Assembly: GCA_963746845.1 (NCBI GenBank)
Contig: CAVVCZ010000004.1
Coordinates: 96,001-160,000, forward strand
Length of the DNA stretch: 64,000 nt
Origin: an uncultured Chloroflexia bacterium
GTDB lineage: Bacteria; Chloroflexota; Limnocylindria; Limnocylindrales; CSP1-4
Direction: 5' to 3'
In this document: piece by piece, positions 1 through 8,963 of the stretch
Layout of the letters: each line of letters starts with the position of its first letter
Position numbering within the stretch: the first letter of the stretch is position 1
Position numbers and translations under genes: made by a program
The notes under the pieces: generated by a model
What the model was told of the DNA's origin: nothing
Databases searched by the model: none
Seen by the model: only the letters and a program-made list of their open reading frames with translations

Positions 1-474
1 ATGGATCGATCCGGCGAGGGCAACCCCCCGAGGCCGCCGGCGGATGCCCGTCCGCAGCCGGTCGCCGAGCCGTTGATCGAACGTCAGATTCGCGAGGCCC
101 GCGACGCCGGGGCGTTCGAGAACCTGCCGTTCCAGGGCGAGCGGATCCCGCTCGAGGACGACAGCGCGGCCGGCGACTGGGCGATGGCCCACCGGGTGCT
201 GAAGAACGCGAACATGGTGCCGCCGTGGATCGCCACGGATCGCGAGGTCCGCGATCTCCTGGCGCGGCGGGACGCGATCCTCGCGCGGGCGCCGCGGTCG
301 AGCGCCATCGGCCGCGAGCGGGACCGGGCCGAGATGCGAGAGGTCGTCGCCGCGGCGAACCGCGCGATCCTGATCCTCAACAACGAGGCACCGACCGACC
401 GCCAGCACCGCCGCAGGCTGGATCCCGAGCGGGAGCTCGCCGCGCTCGAGCGCGCGCACCACGAGGGCGGATAG
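1..474 (+). CDS. DUF1992 (DnaJ-related) domain protein
   Basis: IERQIREARDAGAFENLPFQGERI...HRVLKNANMVPPWI matches the DUF1992 pattern; start lies at the window edge. Confidence 0.8.
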   Translation: MDRSGEGNPPRPPADARPQPVAEPLIERQIREARDAGAFENLPFQGERIPLEDDSAAGDWAMAHRVLKNANMVPPWIATDREVRDLLARRDAILARAPRSSAIGRERDRAEMREVVAAANRAILILNNEAPTDRQHRRRLDPERELAALERAHHEGG

Positions 475-491
475 CCGGATCCGGCGTCGCC

Positions 492-1856
492 TCAGCCGAC
501 GAGGGCGGCGACGGCCTCGTCGAAGGCAGCCGTATGCCGGTCGACATCCGCTTCGACCGTCGCCGGGCACATCAGTGCCATGTTGTGGAAGGGCGTCATC
601 AGCACGCCGCGGTTCATCACCGCGAGGTGGAGGTAGCGGGCCAGGAGCGGGTCCTCGTGGGCCGCCTGTCCCGCGCCGTCGCGCGGTGGCGTGGGGCGGA
701 AGTGGTACTCGGCCCGCACGCCGAGCCGGGTCACGTGCCAGGGGACGTGTCGGGATGCGATCACCTCGTTGACACCGGCCTCCCAGCGCTCCGCGAGCGG
801 GATCATCCGCTCGAACGCGGCCTCGGTCAGGACCTCACCGAGCGTCGCCCGGATCGCGGCAGTGCTCAGGGCATACCCGGCGAGCGTCCCACCGATGCCG
901 CCCACGTCGGCGCGCGGCGGGAGCGTCGCCCGCACCCGGTCGGCGATCGCGTGGGTCATCCCGTAGGTCCCCGCGGGGATCCCGCCGCCGATCGTCTTGC
1001 CGATGACGAGCATGTCCGGTTCGAGGCCGTCGCGGCCGGTCATCCCGCCGGGGCCGGCGCAGATCGTGTGCGTCTCGTCGATGATCAGGACGGTGTCCGT
1101 GCGGCGCGTCAGCTCGCGCAGCGCCTCGTGGTAGCCGGGCTCGGGGAGGACGATCCCGACGTTCGTCAGCGCGGGCTCGACCAGGACGGCCGCGACGTCC
1201 TCGTCCGCGAGCGCGCGCTCGAGCGCGGTGACGTCGTTGAACGGCACGACCCGTGTCGTGAGCGCGGGATCGACCGGCGGGCCGATGTTCAGGTCGGTCG
1301 CGACGACGCGTCCGTCGGCGTCGAGCGTCGCGAGCGTCTCGTCGACCGAGCCGTGGTAGCACTCGTCGTGGACGACGATCTTCGAGCGGCCGGTGATCCG
1401 GCGGGCGAGCCGGATCGAGAACCGGTTGGCGTCGGTCGCGGTCATCGTGAACTGCCAGAGCGGCAGCCCGAACCGGCGCGTCAGCTCGCGGCTTGCGGCG
1501 ATCGCGTCGTCCGTGGGGAGCATGTGGGTGATGCCACGACGCATCTGGCGCTCAACGGCTGCGATCGTCGGCTCGGGGCCATGGCCGGCCATCGCGCCGG
1601 TGTCGCCGAGGCAGAAGTCGACGTAATCGTGGCCGTCGACGCAGCGGAACCCGGCCCCACGAGCTTCCTCGACGAAGAGCGGGAAGGGTGACGCCCACTC
1701 GCTCATCCAGTTCATCGGGACGCCGTCGAGCATCGATGCCTTCGCCTGCTCGTGGAGCGCGCGAGACCGCGGGTGGGCAGCGGCGAAGCGGTCGGCCTCG
1801 ACGGCCATCGCCCGGGTCAGGCGGTCGCGATCGACGGTGGACTGGGCGGGGGTCAT
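492..1856 (-). CDS. class III aminotransferase (glutamate-1-semialdehyde aminomutase-like)
   Basis: DGHDYVDFCLGD, YHGSVD, LIIDETHT and PLP-lysine motif PDMLVIGKTIGGG; start taken at MTPAQ (ATG 1856). Confidence 0.85.
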   Translation of the reverse strand: MTPAQSTVDRDRLTRAMAVEADRFAAAHPRSRALHEQAKASMLDGVPMNWMSEWASPFPLFVEEARGAGFRCVDGHDYVDFCLGDTGAMAGHGPEPTIAAVERQMRRGITHMLPTDDAIAASRELTRRFGLPLWQFTMTATDANRFSIRLARRITGRSKIVVHDECYHGSVDETLATLDADGRVVATDLNIGPPVDPALTTRVVPFNDVTALERALADEDVAAVLVEPALTNVGIVLPEPGYHEALRELTRRTDTVLIIDETHTICAGPGGMTGRDGLEPDMLVIGKTIGGGIPAGTYGMTHAIADRVRATLPPRADVGGIGGTLAGYALSTAAIRATLGEVLTEAAFERMIPLAERWEAGVNEVIASRHVPWHVTRLGVRAEYHFRPTPPRDGAGQAAHEDPLLARYLHLAVMNRGVLMTPFHNMALMCPATVEADVDRHTAAFDEAVAALVG

Positions 1857-1961
1857 TGCCGCCGAGGATGCGTCAGCTGCGCGAAGGCGTCCGGACGATC
1901 CCGGACGGCGATACACCCGACTGCGTTCGTCGCGGATGGGCGTCGCTGGAAAGGCGACCCC

Positions 1962-2044
1962 GAGGAGCGGAGCGCGCGCACTTCAGGGTGCGTGAGCGAG
2001 CACCGCAGGGGTCAACGCAGCCAGCGGCGTCCAGGCGCGACAGC
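1962..2044 (-). repeat. about 83 bp intergenic REP-like element, copy 1
   Basis: Shares an identical 25-mer (gcgcacttcagggtgcgtgagcgag) and flanking similarity with the reverse complement of 6529-6611. Confidence 0.85.
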
Positions 2045-2233
2045 CTAGTGGAGGCGGCGCTGGAACCCGCAGATGGGGCACGAGGCGATGCCGGTGTCCG
2101 GATCGACCTCGAGGAAGGAGGTGCAGCCGTTGGTGCTGCAGTAGGGGCGGCTCGCGGAGTGGCTCCGGCGCCGCAGGCGGCGCATGGCCACCGATCGGCC
2201 CGCCACGTTGGCGGAAGTGGTTCGAGTCATCAT
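2045..2233 (-). CDS. small putative zinc-ribbon protein (62 aa)
   Basis: YCSTNGC...SCPICG four-Cys pattern after an Arg-rich N-terminus; AGAAGGA upstream. Confidence 0.6.
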   Translation of the reverse strand: MMTRTTSANVAGRSVAMRRLRRRSHSASRPYCSTNGCTSFLEVDPDTGIASCPICGFQRRLH

Positions 2234-2439
2234 GGGCTGGGTTCGGTTGTTCCTTCTGGCTGCGCGTCTCGCGGGCGCCGGCATCTCTTGCCTTCTGGCG
2301 CTCGTCGCGGCGCTGCGGCCTTGACGTTCCGCTCTCGGACGGCTCGGATTCAGGGAGCCGGAGCGGGGTTGGTTTCTGTACCCGGGACGTCGCGGGAGCG
2401 GACTGGGCTCGACCGGTGGACGCCGCTGCGGGTACGTGA

Positions 2440-2468
2440 ATCATGCCCTGCCGCCCCAATTCCGTCAA
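2440..2468 (-). promoter_or_regulatory. sigma70-type promoter for the zinc-ribbon gene
   Basis: Minus strand TTGACG-N17-CATGAT. Confidence 0.55.
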
Positions 2469-2585
2469 CCGGACCTTCGGACGGCGGCGTGATGGCCCCG
2501 AACCGCGGCGGGGTACGACGGCGTACCGGTTGACGTCGGGTCGACGATTCGAATCGACCGAGATCCGTGCGACGGAGGTGTCCCG

Positions 2586-3014
2586 ATGAGCACGATCCTC
2601 ATCGTCGCCAACCAGACCCTGCCGAGCGAGGCGCTCGCCACCACGGTCTCGAGCCGGATCGCGTCCGGCGCCCGGGACTTCCACGTCGTCGTTCCCGCGA
2701 CCCCACCCCCGGGCGGTGGCATGACCTGGGACGAGGACGCCGCCCGGGAAGCGGCCGAGGAGCGCCTGCTGGCCTTCCGGCAGCGACTCACCGAAGCGGG
2801 CGTGAACGTGGGCGGCGAGATCGGCGATCGGGATCCGGTGGCTGCCGTTCGCGACGCAGCGCGTGGCCGGGACGTGAGCGAGATCATCCTCTCGACGTTG
2901 CCCGCGGGTGCGTCGCGCTGGCTCCGCCAGGACGTCCCGACCCGGCTTCGCGGCGCGCTGAATGTCCCGCTGACGGTCGTCGAGGAGAAGCCGAGGGTGG
3001 GTGCCGGCCGCTGA
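2586..3014 (+). CDS. universal-stress-protein-like protein
   Basis: ILIVANQTL...FHVVVPATP...GEIGDRDP...EIILSTLP..SRWL; GGAGG RBS. Confidence 0.7.
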   Translation: MSTILIVANQTLPSEALATTVSSRIASGARDFHVVVPATPPPGGGMTWDEDAAREAAEERLLAFRQRLTEAGVNVGGEIGDRDPVAAVRDAARGRDVSEIILSTLPAGASRWLRQDVPTRLRGALNVPLTVVEEKPRVGAGR

Positions 3015-3142
3015 ATGCGCGAGCGCTGGGGCCGGCAAGGTTGCGAAACATCAACCTTCGCCGCATCGAACCGAAGTTGCGTCCGAGGTCCGCAGTTGGC
3101 AGACTCCCGCAGTCCGATGCAACCGACTGACGGAGGGGTCCC

Positions 3143-4327
3143 TTGCCGACGTCCCTGATCGCGCGTGTGCGACGCCCCGCGATCGCCTTTGCCGTTTCGA
3201 CGCTGGTGCTGGCCGGGCTCGCGCCCGCCGCGCTGGCCGCCGACGAGTTCGCCGTGACGACGCCGTATCCGTCGATCGCGGTCGCCCCCGGTTCGAGCGC
3301 GAGCTTCGACCTGACCGTCACGTCCCCGACGAGCGGCACCGCGAGCCTCCAGGTCGGTGGCACGCCCGCCGGCTGGACGGCGACCCTCCATGGCGGCGGG
3401 TTCGTCGTCTCCGGGGTCACGGTCGCCTCCGGCAAGCCCGGAACGGCCCGCCTCGACGTCAAGGTGCCTGCCGACACGACCGTGGCCGAGGGTCGTCTGA
3501 CCGTGACGGCCCGGCTCGGGAGCAACACCGCGACCCTGCCGATCACGGTGGCCGTCGACAAGGCGGTCTCGGGTGACGTGACCCTCTCGTCGACGTCGCA
3601 GACGCTGACCGGCCCGAACGACACGACCTACAGCTTCCCGGTCACCGTGAACAACGGCTCGGCCCAGGACCTGACCGTCTCGGCGACGGCCACGGGGCCG
3701 GCCGGCTGGACCATCGACACCAAGCTGTCCGAGGCGCAGGCGGCGAGCGTCGTTGTCAAGGCCGGCAGCTCGACGACCGTCACCGTCTCGGTCACGCCCG
3801 CCGCGGACGCGCCGGCAGGCCTTGGCGTCATCGACCTCGAGGTCACGGCCGGAACCCAGACCCTGCCGTATCAGCTCGGCGTCGACATCACCGGCACGTT
3901 CAAGATCACGCTCTCGACTCCGAACCAGCTCGTGTCTGCCCACGGGCCGGCTGGCAGCGGCACGACCCAGCAGATCGTCGTCAAGAACGACGGGACCGGG
4001 CCGCTGACGAACGTGAAGATGACGGCCACCCAGCCGACGAACTGGACGATCACCTACGACCAGGAAACGATCCCGACGATCCCGCCGGACCAGCAGGTCA
4101 CGGTGACGGCGACGATCACCCCGTCGGGTGACGCCGTCACCGGCGACTACCAGATCACGATCACGGCGACGGCACCCGGCGAGAACGGGACGAACGCCGC
4201 GACCGACGACCTCGCGATGACCTTCACGGTCGAGACGTCGCCGATCTGGCTGCTCGCGGGGGTCGTCCTGATCATCGCGATCGTCGCCGCGCTGTTCTAC
4301 GTCTTCCGGACCTACGGTCGACGATGA
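3143..4327 (+). CDS. secreted NEW3/Ig-like repeat protein with C-terminal membrane anchor (ABC-associated)
   Basis: Signal peptide, three Thr/Val-rich beta-sandwich repeats (P.GW motifs), C-terminal TM helix ending YGRR; coupled to the ABC ATPase. Confidence 0.8.
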   Translation: MPTSLIARVRRPAIAFAVSTLVLAGLAPAALAADEFAVTTPYPSIAVAPGSSASFDLTVTSPTSGTASLQVGGTPAGWTATLHGGGFVVSGVTVASGKPGTARLDVKVPADTTVAEGRLTVTARLGSNTATLPITVAVDKAVSGDVTLSSTSQTLTGPNDTTYSFPVTVNNGSAQDLTVSATATGPAGWTIDTKLSEAQAASVVVKAGSSTTVTVSVTPAADAPAGLGVIDLEVTAGTQTLPYQLGVDITGTFKITLSTPNQLVSAHGPAGSGTTQQIVVKNDGTGPLTNVKMTATQPTNWTITYDQETIPTIPPDQQVTVTATITPSGDAVTGDYQITITATAPGENGTNAATDDLAMTFTVETSPIWLLAGVVLIIAIVAALFYVFRTYGRR

Positions 4328-5427
4328 CGGCACCGTCGACGCGACCGACCCGGAAGCGGGTCGGTCGCAAGGGCGGCATGGCGGATCGAGAGCCGGGGGC
4401 GACGCCGCGCCGGCCCCGGGAGGGTGACGATCGACCGCGTGCGCCGATCCGGACGCGCGGCCTGACGAAGGAGTACGGCGACCTCGTGGCCGTCGACCAC
4501 CTCGACCTCGAGGTGCAGGCCGGCGAGATCTTCGGGCTGCTCGGCCAGAACGGGGCCGGCAAGACGACGACGATCCTGATGCTGCTCGGGCTCACGGAGC
4601 CCACCGACGGCCAGGCTCGCGTCGTCGGGCTGGATCCGGCCCGGCGGCCGCTCGAGGTAAAGCGCCGGGTCGGCTACCTGCCGGACAGCGTCGGCTTCTA
4701 CGGCGACCTGACCGGTCGCGAGAACCTCCAGTACACCGCGCGCCTCAACCGGATCCCCCGGGACGAGGCGAAGGAGCTGATCGACGAGGCGATCGAAGCG
4801 GTCGGGCTCACGGCGCGTGCGGACGACGCTACCGACACGTACTCGCGGGGCATGCTCCAGCGGCTCGGCATCGCCGATGCCCTGATCAAGGATCCGGACG
4901 TCCTGATCCTCGATGAGCCGACGACCGCGATCGACCCGCTCGGCGTGACGGAGATCCTGGACCTGCTCCGCAACCTCGTCCGTGAGCGGCAGATGGCGAT
5001 CCTCCTGTCCAGCCACTTGCTCAACCAGGTCCAGTCGGTGTGCGACCGGATCGGGATCTTCGCCGCGGGCCGGTTGATCGGGCAGGGGACCATGGACGAG
5101 CTGGCGGCGCGGTTCGGCGACGACACCGCGCACGTCGAGGCCGGGTTCGAGCTTCCCGCCGACACGAAGGCAGCCCAGGTCCGCGAGCTGCTCGCGGCGA
5201 TCCCGAACGTCGTCAAGGTCAAGGCGCCGTCGCGACCGCGAGACCCGTGGGTGCTCGATGTCCGGCCGGCGACCGAGGACACGAGCGTCCGCCGCGCGAT
5301 CGTCGCGACCGCCGCGGCGAACGGGCTCGACCTGACGTCCGTGCGGCCCGTGGCACCGTCGCTCGAGGAGATCTATCGCCGGGCGGTCGAGCGCGCCGCC
5401 CACGGCCATGCGAGGGACGTCCGATGA
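4324..5427 (+). CDS. ABC transporter ATP-binding protein
   Basis: Walker A GQNGAGKTT, signature YSRGMLQR, Walker B LILDEP. Confidence 0.95.
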   Translation: MTAPSTRPTRKRVGRKGGMADREPGATPRRPREGDDRPRAPIRTRGLTKEYGDLVAVDHLDLEVQAGEIFGLLGQNGAGKTTTILMLLGLTEPTDGQARVVGLDPARRPLEVKRRVGYLPDSVGFYGDLTGRENLQYTARLNRIPRDEAKELIDEAIEAVGLTARADDATDTYSRGMLQRLGIADALIKDPDVLILDEPTTAIDPLGVTEILDLLRNLVRERQMAILLSSHLLNQVQSVCDRIGIFAAGRLIGQGTMDELAARFGDDTAHVEAGFELPADTKAAQVRELLAAIPNVVKVKAPSRPRDPWVLDVRPATEDTSVRRAIVATAAANGLDLTSVRPVAPSLEEIYRRAVERAAHGHARDVR

Positions 5428-6509
5428 CGAGCGAGAGCACCCCGCTCCCGACGCCGGCTCCGGCGCCCGCCTCCCCGGCCGCACCCGCGAAGCCCGCCCG
5501 CGACGACGGGGCGATCCCGTCCCGCCGCGAACGGTCCGTCCCGCATGCGGGCTGGATGGTCGTGGCCGGCAAGGAGTTCGCCGACCACCTCTGGTCAGCC
5601 CGGTTCGTGGCGCTGCTGATCGTCCTCGGGCTGGCGGCCCTGATCCCGATGTACTTCGCGGCCGACGCGATCCGGGCAGCCGCCTCGCAGATCACCGGCG
5701 CCTCGTCGATCTTTCTCTTCCTGTTCACCCTGTCGCCGAAGGTCGGCGACAGCCAGGTCCAGCTGCCGAGCGCCTGGGAGTTCGTCGCGATCGTCGGGCC
5801 GCTGCTCGGGATCGTGTTCGCGTTCGACGCCGTCAACGGCGAGCGGTCGACGGGCACCCTGCCCCGCCTGCTGTCCCAGCCGATCTTCCGCGACGACGTG
5901 ATCAACGGGAAGTTCGCGGCGGGTCTGGCCGTGATCGGGCTCGTGCTGACGTTCATCGTCGTGCTGATCACGGCGTTCGGGATCATCCGGCTGGGGATCG
6001 TCCCGAGCGCCGAGGAGCTGCTGCGGATCATGACGTGGCTGATCCTGACGTTCCTCTACGTGTCGCTCTGGCTCGCGTTCGGGCTGCTGCTGTCCGTGCT
6101 CATCCGGCGTGCGGCGACGTCCGCGCTCGTCGCGTTCGGCACGTGGCTGCTCCTGACGTTCTTCGGCAGCCTGATCACCGGGCTGATCGGCGGGTTCCTC
6201 GCCCCGATCTCGGGCACCCTCGACCAGCAGGCCTCGAACCTGTCGCTCCAGCAGACGATCACGCGGCTGCTGCCGGACACGCTGTACCGGGAGGCGTCGC
6301 TCGCGATCCTCAACCCGCAGGTCGCGGCGGTGACGAACCCGGCGACGATCGGCGGCTACGAGCAGGCCGCCCAGCGGATCCCGTCGCTCCAGTCGTTCGA
6401 GCAGAGCCTGCTGCTCATCTGGCCGCACATGATCGTGATGCTCGCGATCACGGTCCTGTTCTTCGCCCTCGCGTACGTCCGCTTCATGCGCCAGGAAGTC
6501 CGCGCCTAG
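5424..6509 (+). CDS. ABC-2 type permease (NosY-like)
   Basis: FDAVNGERSTGTLPRLLSQPIFRDDVINGKF, multiple TM helices; ATGA overlap with the ATPase. Confidence 0.9.
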   Translation: MTSESTPLPTPAPAPASPAAPAKPARDDGAIPSRRERSVPHAGWMVVAGKEFADHLWSARFVALLIVLGLAALIPMYFAADAIRAAASQITGASSIFLFLFTLSPKVGDSQVQLPSAWEFVAIVGPLLGIVFAFDAVNGERSTGTLPRLLSQPIFRDDVINGKFAAGLAVIGLVLTFIVVLITAFGIIRLGIVPSAEELLRIMTWLILTFLYVSLWLAFGLLLSVLIRRAATSALVAFGTWLLLTFFGSLITGLIGGFLAPISGTLDQQASNLSLQQTITRLLPDTLYREASLAILNPQVAAVTNPATIGGYEQAAQRIPSLQSFEQSLLLIWPHMIVMLAITVLFFALAYVRFMRQEVRA

Positions 6510-6528
6510 TCCGTGTCGCGACCTCCGA

Positions 6529-6611
6529 CTGTCGCGCCCGAACGCCGATGGCCGCGTTGCCGGCTGCGGTCCTCGCTCACGCACCCTGAAGTGCGCTCGC
6601 TCCAGTCCTCC
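6529..6611 (+). repeat. about 83 bp intergenic REP-like element, copy 2
   Basis: Inverted copy of 1962-2044, about 20 nt downstream of the permease stop. Confidence 0.85.
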
Positions 6612-6682
6612 CCGGCGCCTTGCCCTCGACGCCCGGGCGCGACGATCGCAGATGGCACCCGGCGAGGCACACTCCCTTTGCG

Positions 6683-7381
6683 ATGACAATCGGCGATGGC
6701 GACGATCGGCACGCCGGACCCGCGCCGGCGTGCGGACCCGGCTGCGCGTGCTCGGTCGGGAACGAGTTCGGCGAGAAGTCGGCCCAGCGCGACCTGCGGG
6801 CCTATCGCCGGTCCGGCCCGGACCGGACCACGCGCTGGCTCATCGAGGGGCTGCGTGGGGCGGGGCCTGCCGGCGTCGCGGGCATGACCGTGCTGGACAT
6901 CGGCGCCGGCGTGGGCGCGGTCCACCTGGAGCTGCTGAAGGCGGGCGCCGCGTCCGCGGTCGACGTCGACGGCTCGCCCGCCTACGTGACGACCGCGATC
7001 GGCGAGGCGGCCCGCCAGGGCGTCGCGGATCGCGTCGAGCACCGGGCCGGCGACTTCGTGGAGCTGGCACCGGCCGTCGCGCCGGCGGACCTCGTCGCCC
7101 TCGACCGGGTCGTCTGCTGCTACCCGGACATGCGGGAGCTGGTCGGGCTGTCCGCGGCGCGGGCCGGCCGCCGGTACGGGCTCGTCTACCCGCGCGACTC
7201 GTGGTGGGTCCGCGGCGGCGGCGCGGTCTTCAACGCGACCCTGCGACTGTTCCGGCGGCGCCTGCGCATGTACATCCACCCGACGGCCGACGTCGAGGCG
7301 ATCGTCCGGGCGGCGGGCCTCCAGCCCGCGTTCCGCCGGCAGACCCTCTTCTGGCAGGTCGCGGTCTACGAGCGCGGCTGA
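6683..7381 (+). CDS. class I SAM-dependent methyltransferase (BchM-like fold)
   Basis: VLDIGAGVG motif I; DRVVCCYPD. Confidence 0.85.
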   Translation: MTIGDGDDRHAGPAPACGPGCACSVGNEFGEKSAQRDLRAYRRSGPDRTTRWLIEGLRGAGPAGVAGMTVLDIGAGVGAVHLELLKAGAASAVDVDGSPAYVTTAIGEAARQGVADRVEHRAGDFVELAPAVAPADLVALDRVVCCYPDMRELVGLSAARAGRRYGLVYPRDSWWVRGGGAVFNATLRLFRRRLRMYIHPTADVEAIVRAAGLQPAFRRQTLFWQVAVYERG

Positions 7382-7403
7382 GCCGCCGCCGACTCCAGGC
7401 TCG

Positions 7404-8963
7404 TCAGCTCGGCGGGTAGCCGGTGATCGCCATGATCTCCTCGTAGAGCGGCTTCAGGCGCTCGTACATCCGGCGGTAGACGCGGCGGTACAGCTGGTCG
7501 TACAGGTGGTGGCGGGCCGGATCCGGATCGACCGTCTCGACGACTCGCGTCATCGCGCCGATCGCGGCCTCGAACGACGGGTGCAGCCCGAGCCCCACCG
7601 CCGCGTCGATCGCCGCCCCGAGGCCGGATGTCTCGTGGGTGTGCGGCCGCCCCGTCGGCAGGCCGAAGATGTCGGCGGTCAGCTGGACGGCGGCGAAGGA
7701 CTGGGAGCCGCCGCCGGAGACCCGCAGCTCGCGGAGCGGGGTCTTCGCTCGGGCCGCGGCACGCTCGCCGCCCTCGCGCAGGGCGAACGCGAGGCCCTCG
7801 AGGATCGCCCGGTAGATGTGGGCCCGCGTGTGGACGTCGCCGAATCCGATCAGCGCGCCCTTCGCCTCGGGTCCCGGGATCCGGACGCCGGGCGTCCAGG
7901 TCGGCTGGAGGAGGAGACCCATCGAGCCGGGCTCGGTCGCCCGGATCAGGTCGTCGAAGAGCGCCTCCGGGGCGACGCCGAGCGTCTCGCCCTGGGCGAC
8001 CTCGGCCGCCCCGAACTGGCGCTTGAACCAGTCGACGAGCCAGTAGCCGCGGTAGACCTGGACCTCGAGGCTCCACGCGCCGGGCACGGCGGCCGGGTAG
8101 GGCGGGACGAGCGGGATCGCCTCGACGTATCGGCGCTGGGTCGTGTTGATCGTCGCGGTCGTCCCGTACGACAGCGACCCGATGTGCGGCTCGAGGGCGC
8201 CCGAGCCGATCACCTCGCACGCCTTGTCCGCCGCCGCGGCGACGACGGGCGTGCCGGCCGGCAGGCCGACGACGCTCGCCGCCTCGGTCGTCAGCTCGCC
8301 GAGCCGGTCGCCGGGCGCCACCAGCTCCGGCAGCCACGACGGATCGATCGGGGCGGCCACCCAGCGCCAGTCGCCGGTCTTCGCCCAGGCGAGTCGCTTG
8401 TAGTCGAACGGCACGTACCCGACCTGCGCCGCGAGCAAATCGACGAACCGCCCGGTCAGCCGGTGCGACAGCCAGCCCGACAGCAGGAGGTAGTGCCGGA
8501 TCCGCGTCCACGTGGCAGGCTCGTTCGCCCGGAGCCAGTTCGCTTCGCAGTCGGCCTGGAACGCCGCGACGGTCCGCCGGACGCCGAGCGCCCGGAACGC
8601 CAGCCCGGTGACCCCGCCGATCTCCGGCACATCCTCGGCGCGCCGCTGGTCGAGCCAGACCAGCGCGGGTCGGAGGGGCGTGCCGGCCTCGTCGGTCACG
8701 ACGACGGTGGCTCGCTGGGTCGTCAGGGCGACACCGGCGATCAAGTCGCGCCGGGCCTCCCCGCCGGCCCACAGCGCGGCGCACGCCTCGCCGATCGACC
8801 GCCAGTAGAGATCGGCGTCCTGCTCGGCCCAGCCCGGCTGGGGGGAAACGTACGGCTCGATCGGGATCCGGGATCGCGCGACCAGGGCGCCGGTCGCGTC
8901 GAAGACGAGCGCGCGCACGCTCTGCGTCCCGACGTCGATCGCGAGGAGGCGATCCCCGCTCAT
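7404..8963 (-). CDS. FGGY-family carbohydrate kinase
   Basis: LAIDVGTQSVRA, WLDQR, SGGGSQS; start MSGDRL. Confidence 0.9.
   Translation of the reverse strand: MSGDRLLAIDVGTQSVRALVFDATGALVARSRIPIEPYVSPQPGWAEQDADLYWRSIGEACAALWAGGEARRDLIAGVALTTQRATVVVTDEAGTPLRPALVWLDQRRAEDVPEIGGVTGLAFRALGVRRTVAAFQADCEANWLRANEPATWTRIRHYLLLSGWLSHRLTGRFVDLLAAQVGYVPFDYKRLAWAKTGDWRWVAAPIDPSWLPELVAPGDRLGELTTEAASVVGLPAGTPVVAAAADKACEVIGSGALEPHIGSLSYGTTATINTTQRRYVEAIPLVPPYPAAVPGAWSLEVQVYRGYWLVDWFKRQFGAAEVAQGETLGVAPEALFDDLIRATEPGSMGLLLQPTWTPGVRIPGPEAKGALIGFGDVHTRAHIYRAILEGLAFALREGGERAAARAKTPLRELRVSGGGSQSFAAVQLTADIFGLPTGRPHTHETSGLGAAIDAAVGLGLHPSFEAAIGAMTRVVETVDPDPARHHLYDQLYRRVYRRMYERLKPLYEEIMAITGYPPS

Noticed and set aside
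225-1691. Long antisense and alternative-frame ORFs here and throughout the window
   Set aside because: Arg/Gly/Pro-rich shadow ORFs expected at very high GC; no recognisable motifs.
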